Part shown: positions 22,146 to 33,204 of the stretch, in pieces
How the letters are laid out: every line of letters begins with the position of its first letter
Numbering within the stretch: position 1 is the stretch's first letter
Assembly: GCA_004431415.1 (NCBI GenBank)
Contig: QPMI01000470.1
Coordinates: 417,379 to 481,378 of the forward strand
Direction of reading: 5' to 3'
Length of the DNA stretch: 64,000 nt
Source: Cyanophora paradoxa CCMP329
Lineage: Eukaryota > Plantae > Glaucophyta
The notes under the pieces: model-generated
What the model was told of the DNA's origin: nothing
Database searches by the model: none
What the model saw: only the letters and a program-made list of their open reading frames with translations
Translations under genes and position numbers: made by a program

Positions 22146-25100
22146 CTAGGCGGCGGCGAGGACGTGCCTCACGCGCTCGAGGGCGCCGTCGTTCGGCGAG
22201 GCGTCCACGCGCAGCAGCGCGCAGGCGAGGCCGTACACGTCCAGGTTCCGCACCTGGGGGGGAGGGGGGGGGGGGGACGTCAGTCGAGGCCTGGGGTGGG
22301 GTGGGGGCGGTGGGGTGGTGGGGGAGCCTAGGGACGGCGGGGCGCGAGGCTAGGGACGGCGGAGCGCGGGGATGTCAGTCGAGGCCTGGGGTGGGTGGGG
22401 TGGGGGCGGGGGGGTAGGAAGGGGGGGGGGAGGGCGGGGGCGTGAGGAAAGGAGGGGGGGAAGGACGGATTCGAGGAGGAGGGGGATCTCAGTCGGGGCC
22501 GACCAAATCTAGATCGATCTTTCTGGAAGGGGCCGGGGGGGACGGGGGGCCGGGGGCCTTTATAGAGCTAGAGCCTTATATAATTATAAATTTAATTTAG
22601 AAAGCCTAAATCTCGGTCGGCGCCGGGGGGAGGGGGGGGGGGGGGGGCCGAGGCCTGGGCGGTCGCTGGGCGGTCCTACCTGGGAGGGGGCCGGGGGGCC
22701 GGGGGGACGGGTAGGGGGGGCAGTAGGGGTGGGGGGGGGGGGACAGGGGGGGGGAACGGGGAGGGACGGACCTCGCCAGCGTCGGCGCCGCCGGCCCTCA
22801 GGTCGGGGCCCTGTCCCAAGAAGATCCCGTGCTGCAGGGGAAAATGAGGGGGGGGGGGGGCGAAGGGGGGTAAGGGGCAGTTTAGGGAGTGGGGGGGGGG
22901 GTCAGAGGAGGGGAAAAGGGGGCCCGGGGGCGAGGTACCATGTCGCTGCCGACGTGGGGGTCGTACCCGTGCTGGCCGCCCCTGAAGTACTGCGGGGAGA
23001 TACAGTGTAAGTAAACTCGCCGGCTGCTTTAGAGCGGTTGCGCGCGCGGCTGCTTTAGAGCGGTCTCGAGAGAGCGTTTAAAGCCTAAAAAGAGCTTGAG
23101 CCTTATATATATCCAGATCTAGATCTAGATTCCTCTGGGCTTGCCTCCGGGTGCGCTGCGGCGGTCTTGGAGTCGGTGAGGGACCAGCCGACGTCCGCGA
23201 TCCCGATGAAGCTCTGGATCCGCGGCTGCGGGGACGGGGCGCGGTCGGCGTGAGTGAGGCCAGAGCTTCATGAGGGCGCGAGCGATCTTAGCCGAATCTT
23301 AGCTCCTAGGGCGACCGTTCTTTTCTCTAGGGCGACAGCTCCCCTAGACCTGATCTGGGTCGTCCCGGGGGCGAACGAACGTTCTTCTGGTAGTGCAGGC
23401 GCTCCGGGATCATCTGCTTCTCGTAGACCACCAGCCGCGGGTGCGCCTGCGCGAGCGAACGAAGCTTCGTTAGGACGAGCGGACGCAGAGCTTAGACTCT
23501 GTCTCGATTTTGTCTACGCTTAAGAAGGAGGGCCCACGGTTAGATAGAACAGGAGAGACTAGAATTGAGATAACAGGCTTCTTAAAAAGAGCTGAAGAAA
23601 GAGAGCCCAAGATCAAACAGGAGATTGTAGCGCACGGCCTTGAGCGCCGCGTAGGCGCCTCTTAAGTTAAGAAGGGCTTAAGTAAGAAATTCAGGCTTGA
23701 AAAGAAATACAGTCTTCTTAGTTAAGAAGGGCTTATGTAAGAAATAGAGGCTTAAGAAGCTCGCGGCGCACGGCCTTGAGCGCCGCGTAGGCGCGGTCCT
23801 CGGCGGCCGTCCCATCTAGAATTGGGATCAAAGGCTTCTAAAGAAGGGCTTAAGAAATTCAGTCTTCTTATAAAGGGTTTAAGAAGAAATACAGTCTTCT
23901 TAGGCGCACGGCCTTGAGGGCGGCGTAGGCGCGGTCCTCGGCGGCCGTCCCGTTGGGCTTGATCGCGAGCACGGGGCTCCAGTCCACCACGAAGAGGCCC
24001 GAGGAGGGCCTGCGCGCGCGCGCGGGGCGCGTGGTCAGGTTCGTTTTTTGAGATAGGCTCTGGAGCCTAAGTTCAAGGGATCGAGGGGTTCAGGGATCGA
24101 AAATCAAGCTGAGCTAATCAAGCTGAGGGATTTAGTGGCTATTGCGAAACGTCTGAGACGGGGGCCTAGGACAGAATCAGGACTTCGACCAGGAGCAAGG
24201 CCTGCCTCGCCTCACCTCACCTCGAAGGAGACTAGGACCTGGCGAAAGCCGCGGGCCCGCGGGCGCTAGATAGAGACGGCCGCCTAGGACAGAATGTCTC
24301 TGGGACGGGAGGCGAGCCGCGGGGCCGGGCCGGGGGCGCGGTCGCCTAGGCCTTAGACCGGCCTTAGGCGGTCGCCGGGGGGGGAGCTAAAGCGTAAGAC
24401 CTTAGAGCCCAAGCTTAAGTAGGCGCCTCCTCTACATACATCTAGGGGCGGCCATCTACGCTCGAGCTCACGAGCCAGTCGGAACAGGGGGGGGGGGGGG
24501 GGGGACTGGGGGGACGGGAAGAGGGGGCGGTAAGGGGGGGGGGGGGGGGGGGGGCGGGGGCAGCACCCGAGGTCGAGGTAGGAGTCGAGGGTGACGACGC
24601 GCTCGGGGCTCAGCGCCGTCATCCCGTGGTCTGCGCGCCCGGATCGATCAGGCGAGCGGGCCAGGCGGGAGCCTAGCGAAGGTTCTGGGCTTAAGGTCTG
24701 CGCGCCCGGCCGGACCGGACCGGGCCGGGCCGGGCCGGGGCTCAGCGGCCGAGCGGGAGCAGAGCGAGCGAGGGAGGAAATCATGTCTTAGAAGGGGACG
24801 CCGCCGGGCGGGGAAGACCCGAGCCCGGCCGGCGCCGGGGCGCAATGAAGGCGCCATAGGGCCGCGCGCGCCCGGCGGGATGGCCGGAGCCCTATCCGAT
24901 GACTATCCAAATCTATGCGAGCAGCAGCAGCAGCTGCGGACGGGCGTGCGAGCAACGCTCGCGTATGCCGAGCTAAATAGTCTAAACTTAGAGTTTTTAG
25001 CTCGGCATACGCACCGGAGACGACGAGAATGTTGACCTAAGATAGCCTAAGAGATAGCTAACAGATAGCTTAGGTTTTCTAGTGTAGATAGCCTAAGATA

Positions 25101-27446
25101 GCCTAAGAGATAGCTAACAGATAGCTAGATAGCTAATAGAGATAGCCTAAACTTAGTGTTTCTAGCTTTCCTAACAGAACAGAGGAGAGGCGTGCGGACC
25201 GGAGACGACGAGAATGTTGACCTTGTCCGCGAGGCCGCGGATCCGCAGGCCCACCAGCAGCAGCCCGATCGCGTCGTCCACCTGCGAGGACGGGATGGAT
25301 GGATGGATGGATCAGAGGCTTCGATGCTCAAAAAAAGGTTGGGCTTAAGCAGATCAAGCTCGGGGTTGGGCTCAAGAGCACAAGCTCAAGCGCGCATAAG
25401 CAGCTCGGGACGGGCCGCGGGCACCTGGCGGACGGCCCTCCGGACCTCCTCGGAGTTCGGCCCGAACTCGTGCCCCATCCTGCCCCCCGGCAGTGAGCTT
25501 GAGGGGAGGCTGAAACCAGAAACTAGAGAATAGAGCGGACTAGAGACTAGAGCTGGGACAGTGAGCTCGAGGGGAAGGGGAGGACGGGGAGGGGGGGGGG
25601 GGGGGGGGGGGCGGGGCGGGGGAGCGGGGAGGGGGGCGGGGGGGGGGGGGAGCGGGGGTGGGGGAGCCCCAGGTGGGGGCTAGTTGCCCAATTTGAGCTA
25701 GATCCAATATGGTAGTTCCAATATGCTATGAGGGGTGAGGAGGAAGGACATGCTGGCTAGCGTCCCGACTCGAATCAGGTTAAAAGGGGCACGGGCGCAC
25801 GAAGCGAGCTCGAGGGGAAAGAGATGCTGGCTAGTGTCCCCACCCGTCCCGAAATAGAATGGGAGGGGTACGGGCGGCGCACGAGTCGACGGGCTCCATG
25901 TAGAGCGTGAGGAAGGAGGGGCGCGTCGCCGCCGGCAAGTCAAGCCACGCCAGCACCTGAGGGGGCCTGAGACTACCAGCAGATGCAGATGTCGGAGATG
26001 CTTGAAGGAGATGTTTAAATATGCTTAAAGAAGATGCTTAAAGATGCTTAAAGGAGATGCTTGAAGATGCTTGAAGAAGATGCTTAAAGATGCTTGAAGA
26101 AGATGCAGAGGGCCCGCGCGGGCGGGGGGACCCCGAGACAGGCGATAGAAGCTGGCAGGGGAGGAGGCACCTGCTGCACCCGCTGCGGGCGTACCCCGGG
26201 GTCAGCTCGGGCTGGGAGAGAGGGAAGGGGGGTACGGCGCGCCTTCTCCATGGACATCGCGCCGTCGTAAGGCAGCCAGAGAGAGGGGCGTACGCCCTAC
26301 TTTGGGTAAGAGGGGGGGAGGGGGGGGGGGCGGGAATGAGGCGGAGGGGGGTACCCTGATGGCGGCGGAGCTGCCGGGCCAGAACACGGTACCCGAGCGG
26401 ACGCCCTGCGTCTCGGCGCTGCGCGCGCGCCGTTTAAAGGCAGGCAGCCGCCGCCGGGCGGGGTACGCCGCACCTGACCCAGAGGGGGGTACCGCCCCAC
26501 CAGCGCCCGTCGTCCGTCGCGTTCCGATCGGACAGCGTAAAGTGGCCCAGCACGGGATCGTACCTGGGGCCGGTAAATGGGAAGGAGTAGGGAGAGAGGG
26601 ATGGAGGGGAGGGGGGGGGGGAGGGGAGGGTACGCGGGCGCACATGTTGTTGGAGACGATGCCGTGGTTCTCGGGGTACAGGCCCGTCACGATCGTGTAG
26701 TGGTTCGGGAAGGTCTGGAGGGGTAGGGGCGGCTCGGCGCCGGGCGAGGCGGGGTGGGCCGGGGGAGGGGTACCCCCTCACCTTGGAGGGGAAGACGGGT
26801 ACGAATTTCGACGCGCGGAAGCCGCGGCGCGCGATGCTGCGGAGGTTGCTGGACTCTTCGTGGTACTTTTCGAGGTAGTCCCACCTGCCCGCGGCCGTCG
26901 GGCCGGCCGCGGCGCGTCGGCTCGCGGACGGAGCGAAGCGGCGAGCTCGAGGGCGGGAGAACCGGAAGCCGTCGAGGGAGACGAGGATCAGGGGCGTCCG
27001 CGAGATGCTCTTCAGCTGCGAACGAAGCCGAGCTTCGTTCTCTTGAAGTCGGAGACTCGGGAGGCGCGCGCACCGGTTTGAAGTAGCCGGCGAGGAAGAG
27101 GCCGGAGAAGACGATGACCACGACGACGACGACGACCGTGCAGCCGATGAGCACCGCGCGCCGCCGGGCTCCCAGCGTCGGTGGCGGTCCGAGGCCTACC
27201 GGGGAGAGCGCTCGGGCGATCAGCTCGGGCCGATCGATGCCGTGCGGCTCCCGGCAGCGCCCGCCGCATCGGCACGTCTCGCACGCGCCTAAACCGGTTC
27301 CCGCCGCTGCTGGGGCGATTGCCACGCCCTCCTCAGCTTGCAGGAGCGCGTCCTCCGCCTGCACGGCGGCGCACGCGGCGATGTCAGAGCGCGGAGCGGT
27401 CAGGCAGCCCGGCCGAGAGAACGGGAGAGAGGCTAGTCGTATGCAT
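22146..27446 (-). CDS. Ectonucleotide pyrophosphatase/phosphodiesterase (ENPP/NPP family), type II membrane anchor, about 18 exons
   Basis: N-terminal TM helix, then [44 protein letters not shown] (catalytic Thr), [27 protein letters not shown] and NLDVY. Start codon is approximate. Confidence 0.92.
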
Positions 27447-27721
27447 GCTCTGTACGTGTGTATGCCTGTGCGTGCGCTCGAACGGAGGGCGCTTTTGACC
27501 GCGCACCCTCGCTGAACGCGCGGCGGGAAGATCTGCTGGGCGACCGAGGCCGCCCGGCGGCGCAGCCGCCGAGCGCGGTGCCGGGGCGTCCAGCAGATGT
27601 GCGTCCTCGTCGCCCCCGGCGGGCTGGGACATCGAACTCGGCTTTGCAGGGGTAGATGACACTTCGTTCGGTCTTCGAGCGCCCTCGCAAGCGGGAGGGC
27701 CAGACGCGCAGCAACCTGCAG

Positions 27722-29541
27722 ATGAGCTTCGTGGCATCCTTCGCGGCGCTCCTCGGCCCCGCCGGCGTCCAGTGCACGCCGGCCGGCAGCGCGTGCCCAA
27801 CGGCGACTCCGCACGCTTCCAGCCCCTCTCTGGCGGGCGGCCCGTCACGCAAGAAGCTTACTAGCGGAGAATCAGCAAGTTCAGCATTCGCGTCTGTCCG
27901 TAGCGGGTTCTCCGCCGGGACCCTGCGTTTCGTCCCGTCGGCGTCTCGGGCAGTTTCTTGCAGGTTTGAGGTCGCTCCGGTGCATGTGCAGCCTACGGTG
28001 GCAACGTCCATCCCGCCCGTGGCGACGACCCCGGCCCGCGGGGACGCGGAGGCGGATGCCAGCAAGCCGCTCGCTGTCGCTTCGCCGGAGGAGTTCGACG
28101 CTCTCGTGAAGTCGACGAAAGGCGTAATTGTTGCGGATCTCTACGCCCGCTGGTGCCGCAAGTGTGAGTGCCCTAATACCGCGCGTATGATAGAACTCGA
28201 ACTGGCCAGCGAGAGTCGCGCGGCTCATGCGCATGCAGTCTTCGCTCTCTTTGCATCTATTCTTTGTGTATTGATGGTTTGTTCTGCATCCGTTCGCAGG
28301 CAAGGCCTTCGCGCCCAAGTTCGAGCGGCTCTCGTACGAGTTCGCAAGCGACGCTACCTTCGTGACTGTGGACGTCAACGCCGTAGCCGTGCGTTCACGC
28401 AGCGATCTTATCTGCCTGGACGCACCGCCTCATCCGCGCGCCCGACGCCCGCCCACCCACCTGCCCGCCGCGCAGGACCTGCCTGGACGCTTCGAGATCA
28501 AATTGCTCCCGACCTTCGTGTTCATCAAGGACGGCAAGGTCGTCGAATCGTACGTCGGCGCTGAGAAGAGTGACGCTGTCCAAGACCACATCCGCAACGC
28601 CGTGCAGGCCTACCGGTACCCCGGGCCCTTTCACCAGCCCCCCTTCCTGAGCGGCGTACCCCTCTAAGCGTCCCGTTCGCAGGAGCGCCGACTTCGCTCC
28701 GCCGGCCGACGCAAAGGACGCCGTCCCCGCCCCGCCCCCGGAGGACGAGGCAGACACGGGTACGCTTTCTTCCTGCCCGCCCGCGCCGTACCCCGCCGAG
28801 TCCCCCCCCCCCCCTCCAGATTGGAAGTCGCTTGCGGAGCGGATCAGCGGCAGCCTGAAAACGACTTCCCCCACCCCATCCCCCTCCCCTGTCCCCGAAT
28901 CCGAAGTCCGTACTCCCGTCCCCATGGCGATGCCCCCCCCCCCTCCCGCTCCCCCTCGCCCTCCCCCCCCCTTCCCGCCTCTCCTCACGCGCTTTGCTCT
29001 AGCCCCGAGTGACGGAGATCCGTACCCCCGAGGAATTCGACGCCCTGGTAGGGGGGGATGCCCTCGTCGCCGTCGACTTCTACGCCAGCTGGTGCCGGAA
29101 GGTGTCCCTACCCCCCTTGCTCCCCCCCCCGAAAGAAGTTAATCCGTACCCCCGCCAGTGCAAGTACACGATGCCCAAGTTCGCGAAGGCGAGCGCCCGG
29201 CACAGGGACGTTAAGTTCGCGGCAGTGAACGTGAACGAAGTGGCCCGCATCCCTTCCGACGCCGGCGTCAAGGCAGGCGTACCCCCCTCCGCCCTGTCTA
29301 TCTCAGATCTTTTAATTTTCGGTACCCAGGTCATGCCCTCCTTCCAATTCTGGCGGAAGGGGGAGAAGCTCGGCGGGTTCGAGGGGGCCCCGAACGGTTC
29401 GCCCCCCCCTCCCCCCCTCCCCGCCCCATAGTGAAGCCCGTACCCCCGCCCCCAGTGACGCCCGTCCGCTCGCCCGCCCGCTCGCCCACCGCAGACTTCG
29501 ACGCGACGATCAAGGAGCACATCGACCGCTTCTCGGCGTGA
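27722..29541 (+). CDS. Plastid-targeted tandem two-domain WCRKC thioredoxin (Trx-like 2 type)
   Basis: Transit peptide MSFVASF...RFEV. Domain 1 ADLYARWCRKC..LPTF; domain 2 VDFYASWCRK|C..MPSF. Stop at 29539-29541. Confidence 0.9.
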
Positions 29542-30683
29542 GAGGGCCCGGCCGGCCGGCGCCGTCTTGTCTTGTACCCCATGTTTGAATATGTGTGTGT
29601 GGTAGCAGCGTGTGGCTGCAGGCATCCGAGGCCTCCCGTGGGGCGGCCCTTGTCCCCTCAGATCAGATCAGATCAGATCAGATGCGCAGATCCTTTTTCA
29701 TCAGTTTTAGCACGCTTTCAGGTGTACACTCCGCTTCAGTCAGCCGCTTGAACTCGAGCATTCGATACGTAGCGTTGCCCTTTGTAGCTATCATGCATAT
29801 GAAGCCCTTTAATGTCTAATGTGTAGCTATCATGATCAGAGCCCAGAATATGTTTTGGGTATTCAATTTGTACACCCTTTAATAGTATGAGCTTTGAGAA
29901 CACAGGTATTTAGATCTGGGAGACTTCGTGCAATATTCCTATCGGTATCATTGCTAAAGTCACTGAGTATCGATCAATGGTATATACGTATCATGATCAA
30001 TTAAAATGCAAGGTCGGCATGCGCATGCGGCTGAGGGCGAGCAGGTCGCACCGGCACACGCGCGCCCCGCAGGATCTATATAGCTAGCTATATATCTCCA
30101 GGTTCTCATGATCAAAGTCCCTACGCCCTGTCATAGGCGTAGGCGCCCCCTCTTCGACACAGATTTTCCCGAGGCGTAGCTATAGGGGGTGGGGCTCGTG
30201 AGGGGTGGGTGTGGACCCGGGGGGATGTGGCATCAGGAACATGTACAAGTGGATGGAAAAAAAAGTATGAGTATCATTTCGAATCGCGGCCACAAAGCTA
30301 TATATATATAGGAGCATGATATCGATCGATATCATGAATATATTAATTCGAACGCTCCGGATCCCGCGGCCGCTGATGTGGTTGCGATATCAATCGGCTC
30401 GCTGCGAATTCGAATCCGCTTCGTCTGCCGATCTTCGCCCAAGGCTTCGAATTCCTCTCCGCGGCCGGATCCCGGCATCGCCGGGCGCTGGCCGAGGCCG
30501 AATCGCACAGCGTACCCCTAACCGCTTCCTCGTCGAATCCTCGAAAGGTTCGACGTTTCGACAGCTGCCCCGCACATCGTGTCGCTGCGCTCGCTGCAGG
30601 ATCCAGAGGTCGCGCGACGATGCCTTGCATCTGACCCATCTCAGCGGCGGAGCGGTGGAGCTCCACTTCCGCGAAGGCGCAGC

Positions 30684-31781
30684 ATGGGCGCCCGCAGCAG
30701 CTGCACCGCGCCGGCCGCGCCCGCCCCATTCGACGCGCTGGACGACGCGGTGCTCGGCGGCATCCTCGCGCGGCTTGGCCCGGAGGGAGCCTGGCGTGCG
30801 CGGCTCGTGTGCCGCCGCTTCCGCGCCGCGGTCGAGGGCAGCGCGTGGCCGTGGCCGGCGCTGCGCGTGCGGGCGGCGCGCGCGGAGCAGCTCGACGCGC
30901 TCGACGCCATCCTGCGGCAGCGGCGGCTCCGGCTGAGCGGCGGCGCCGCCCTGCACCTCGTCCTCGCGCCGGCGCCTCGCGATGGTGCGCCCAGCTTCAG
31001 CGATTCGGAGGCGGCCCCCGCCGCCCTCAGCCGCGCGGCGGCGCGTCTCGTGGGCGCCGCCGCGGCGGACGCCGGGCTCGGCTTCGCCTCCGCCCGCGTC
31101 GCGTCCGAGGACCTGGAGCGCGAGGCGGCGCGGGCCGGCGCCGCCCTTGGCCTCGGCCTCGGCCTCTGCCCCAGCGCCGCGCTCTGCCGCCTGCAGCGCG
31201 AGCGCGTGGAGGCCGTCCTCGCAGCCGTCTCCTCAGCTTTCTCCGCCGCCTCCGCCTCCGCCCCCGCCTCCGGCGCCTCCGGCCTCGCCGACCTGACCTT
31301 CGCCTTCGCCCCCGCCATCTGGGCCGAGCTCTCCCCGCCCTCCGTCCTTGCCGCGCTGCGCGGCCAGCAACTGGGCCCCATCCTCGAGCGCTTCGACGCC
31401 TCGGGCTGGGGCGTATTCGACGCGCCGGGCTGCGCGGCGCTGTCGGCCTCGCTCCCGCGCCTCCAATCCCTAGCCATCAACCTCGACGACTGGAGCGCCC
31501 TCTATGGACTCGCAGCGCTGGCCCGCCTTCAAGAACTCCGCTGCGTGGCGCGAAGGCCCGGCGTCCTGGGCGACGGCCTCGCCGCCCTCGCCGCCGGCCC
31601 CGCCGGTCGCTCCCTCCGCCTTCTCGCGTGCCGCCACATGTGCGTCGTACCCCCCGCGCCCCCGGCCCCCCCCCCTGACCTGCCCTCTCGCCCCAGGGAC
31701 GGCGGAGCGGTGCCCTGCGGGCCGGAGGCCCCCGCGGCCCTCGCGGCGATGGGCGACCTCGAGGTCCTGGAGCTCATATGA
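30684..31781 (+). CDS. F-box/LRR-like protein, possibly 3'-truncated
   Basis: FDALDDAVLGGILARLG..WRARLVCRRFR F-box motif followed by LPRLQSL-type LRR-like segments. It stops earlier than its paralog at 48438. Confidence 0.75.
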   Translation: MGARSSCTAPAAPAPFDALDDAVLGGILARLGPEGAWRARLVCRRFRAAVEGSAWPWPALRVRAARAEQLDALDAILRQRRLRLSGGAALHLVLAPAPRDGAPSFSDSEAAPAALSRAAARLVGAAAADAGLGFASARVASEDLEREAARAGAALGLGLGLCPSAALCRLQRERVEAVLAAVSSAFSAASASAPASGASGLADLTFAFAPAIWAELSPPSVLAALRGQQLGPILERFDASGWGVFDAPGCAALSASLPRLQSLAINLDDWSALYGLAALARLQELRCVARRPGVLGDGLAALAAGPAGRSLRLLACRHMCVVPPAPPAPPPDLPSRPRDGGAVPCGPEAPAALAAMGDLEVLELI

Positions 31782-32111
31782 GGCGCTCGTGCGAGCGCGC
31801 GGCGCCTCCGGTGAAGCCTTCTCCGCGAGTAAAGGGTCCGCCCGCCCCGCCCCGCACCGCGCCGCCTCTCGATCTAGGTCTGGTGGACAAGCTGGAGCCT
31901 CGAGCCGCTTCCGGCTTGACGGCCCACCGCAGAGCTTGCGAGACCAGCGCAGAAGGAGGGGGCGCCTCTCGGGCCCCGGGGCCCGCCTCGCTGTACCCGA
32001 CGCCGGGCGGCGCCGGCGTGGGAGGGGGCGCGGAGGCGTCGCCATCCAGGCGCGAAGCGCCTGCAGATGGCCTACGGGCGCGTCCGCGCACGCACGGGGC
32101 GGCGGGGCGGA

Positions 32112-32705
32112 TCGGTACCCCCGGCCCCTTCTCCAGCTCCCCTTCCCGAGCGGCGTACCCCCCGAGGAAGAGGCCGACATGGGTACGATTTTCCTTCCAC
32201 TCTGCCCGCGCCGTACCCCGCTGAGTCCCCCCCCCCCCCCCCCTCTCCAGGCTGCAAGTCGCTTGCGGAGCGGATCAGCGGCAGCCTGAAAACGACGTCC
32301 CCCACCCCATCCCTCTCCCCTGCCCCCGAAGTCCGTACCCCCGTCCCCGCGGCGATGCCCCCCCCTCCCCCCCCCCCCCCTCTTTTCCCTCCTCTCCTCA
32401 CGCGCTTTGCTCTAGCACCGAGTGACGGAGATCCGTACCATATCCGTACCCCGGAGGAGTTCAACGCCCTGGTGGGGGGCGGGCGGGGGGGGGGGAGGAG
32501 GGGGAGGGGGGGGGCACCCTCGTCGCCGTCGACTTCTACGTGAGCTGGTGCCGGAAGGTGCCCCTACCCCTCGCTCTTCTGCCCGCCCCCCGCCCCCCTT
32601 CCCCCCCCCCCCCCCACACCACCAACCCCAACCAGTCATCTCCTTCCCCCCTCGCCAGTGCAAGTACACGACGCCCAAGTTAGCGAAGGCGAGCGGCCAG
32701 CACAG
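32112..32705 (+). pseudogene. Decayed partial duplicate of the WCRKC thioredoxin gene (copy of ~28610-29205)
   Basis: Collinear exons and introns (KSLAERISGSLKTTSP, VDFYVSWCRK, CKYTTPKLAKAS) with a deletion, a short duplication and a poly-G expansion. No start codon. Confidence 0.85.
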
Positions 32706-33204
32706 GCGAAGGGGCAGCGCCCCCTTCATCATCGTCGCTGGCCATGGCCGGCTGCGAGCCTGACTACAGTGAATCGAAAACGAAACGAGTATTATTTTCG
32801 AAAACGAAGCCAACGAACGAGGGGCTGCTTCAACGTTTTAGCGCGCTGCTGCTGACTGCTGACTGACTGACGCGATGTGCCCCTGTTTTTCCTCCCTCCT
32901 AGGCCTCCCCCGGGTAACCGCGCGCGGTCGCGGGCCCCCCTTGAGAACAAAGCGCGGCGCCGGCCACGTACACCCTCGCGCCTATTATTGATTATCGAGC
33001 GTACAATCATAAAAAGAACCGTAGAACAGTCTCTTATAATATATTTAAGAGCGGCGTCGATCGATATCGCACACCTCAAATTAAACAACATGCACATGTC
33101 ATCCCTAAGAACTAGCTGTCTTCTAACATGCACCTGTCATCCGCTGTCTAGTGAAAATCATATAGTACATTTTCATTAACATTTAAAATTGCAAGAACAG
33201 TCTC

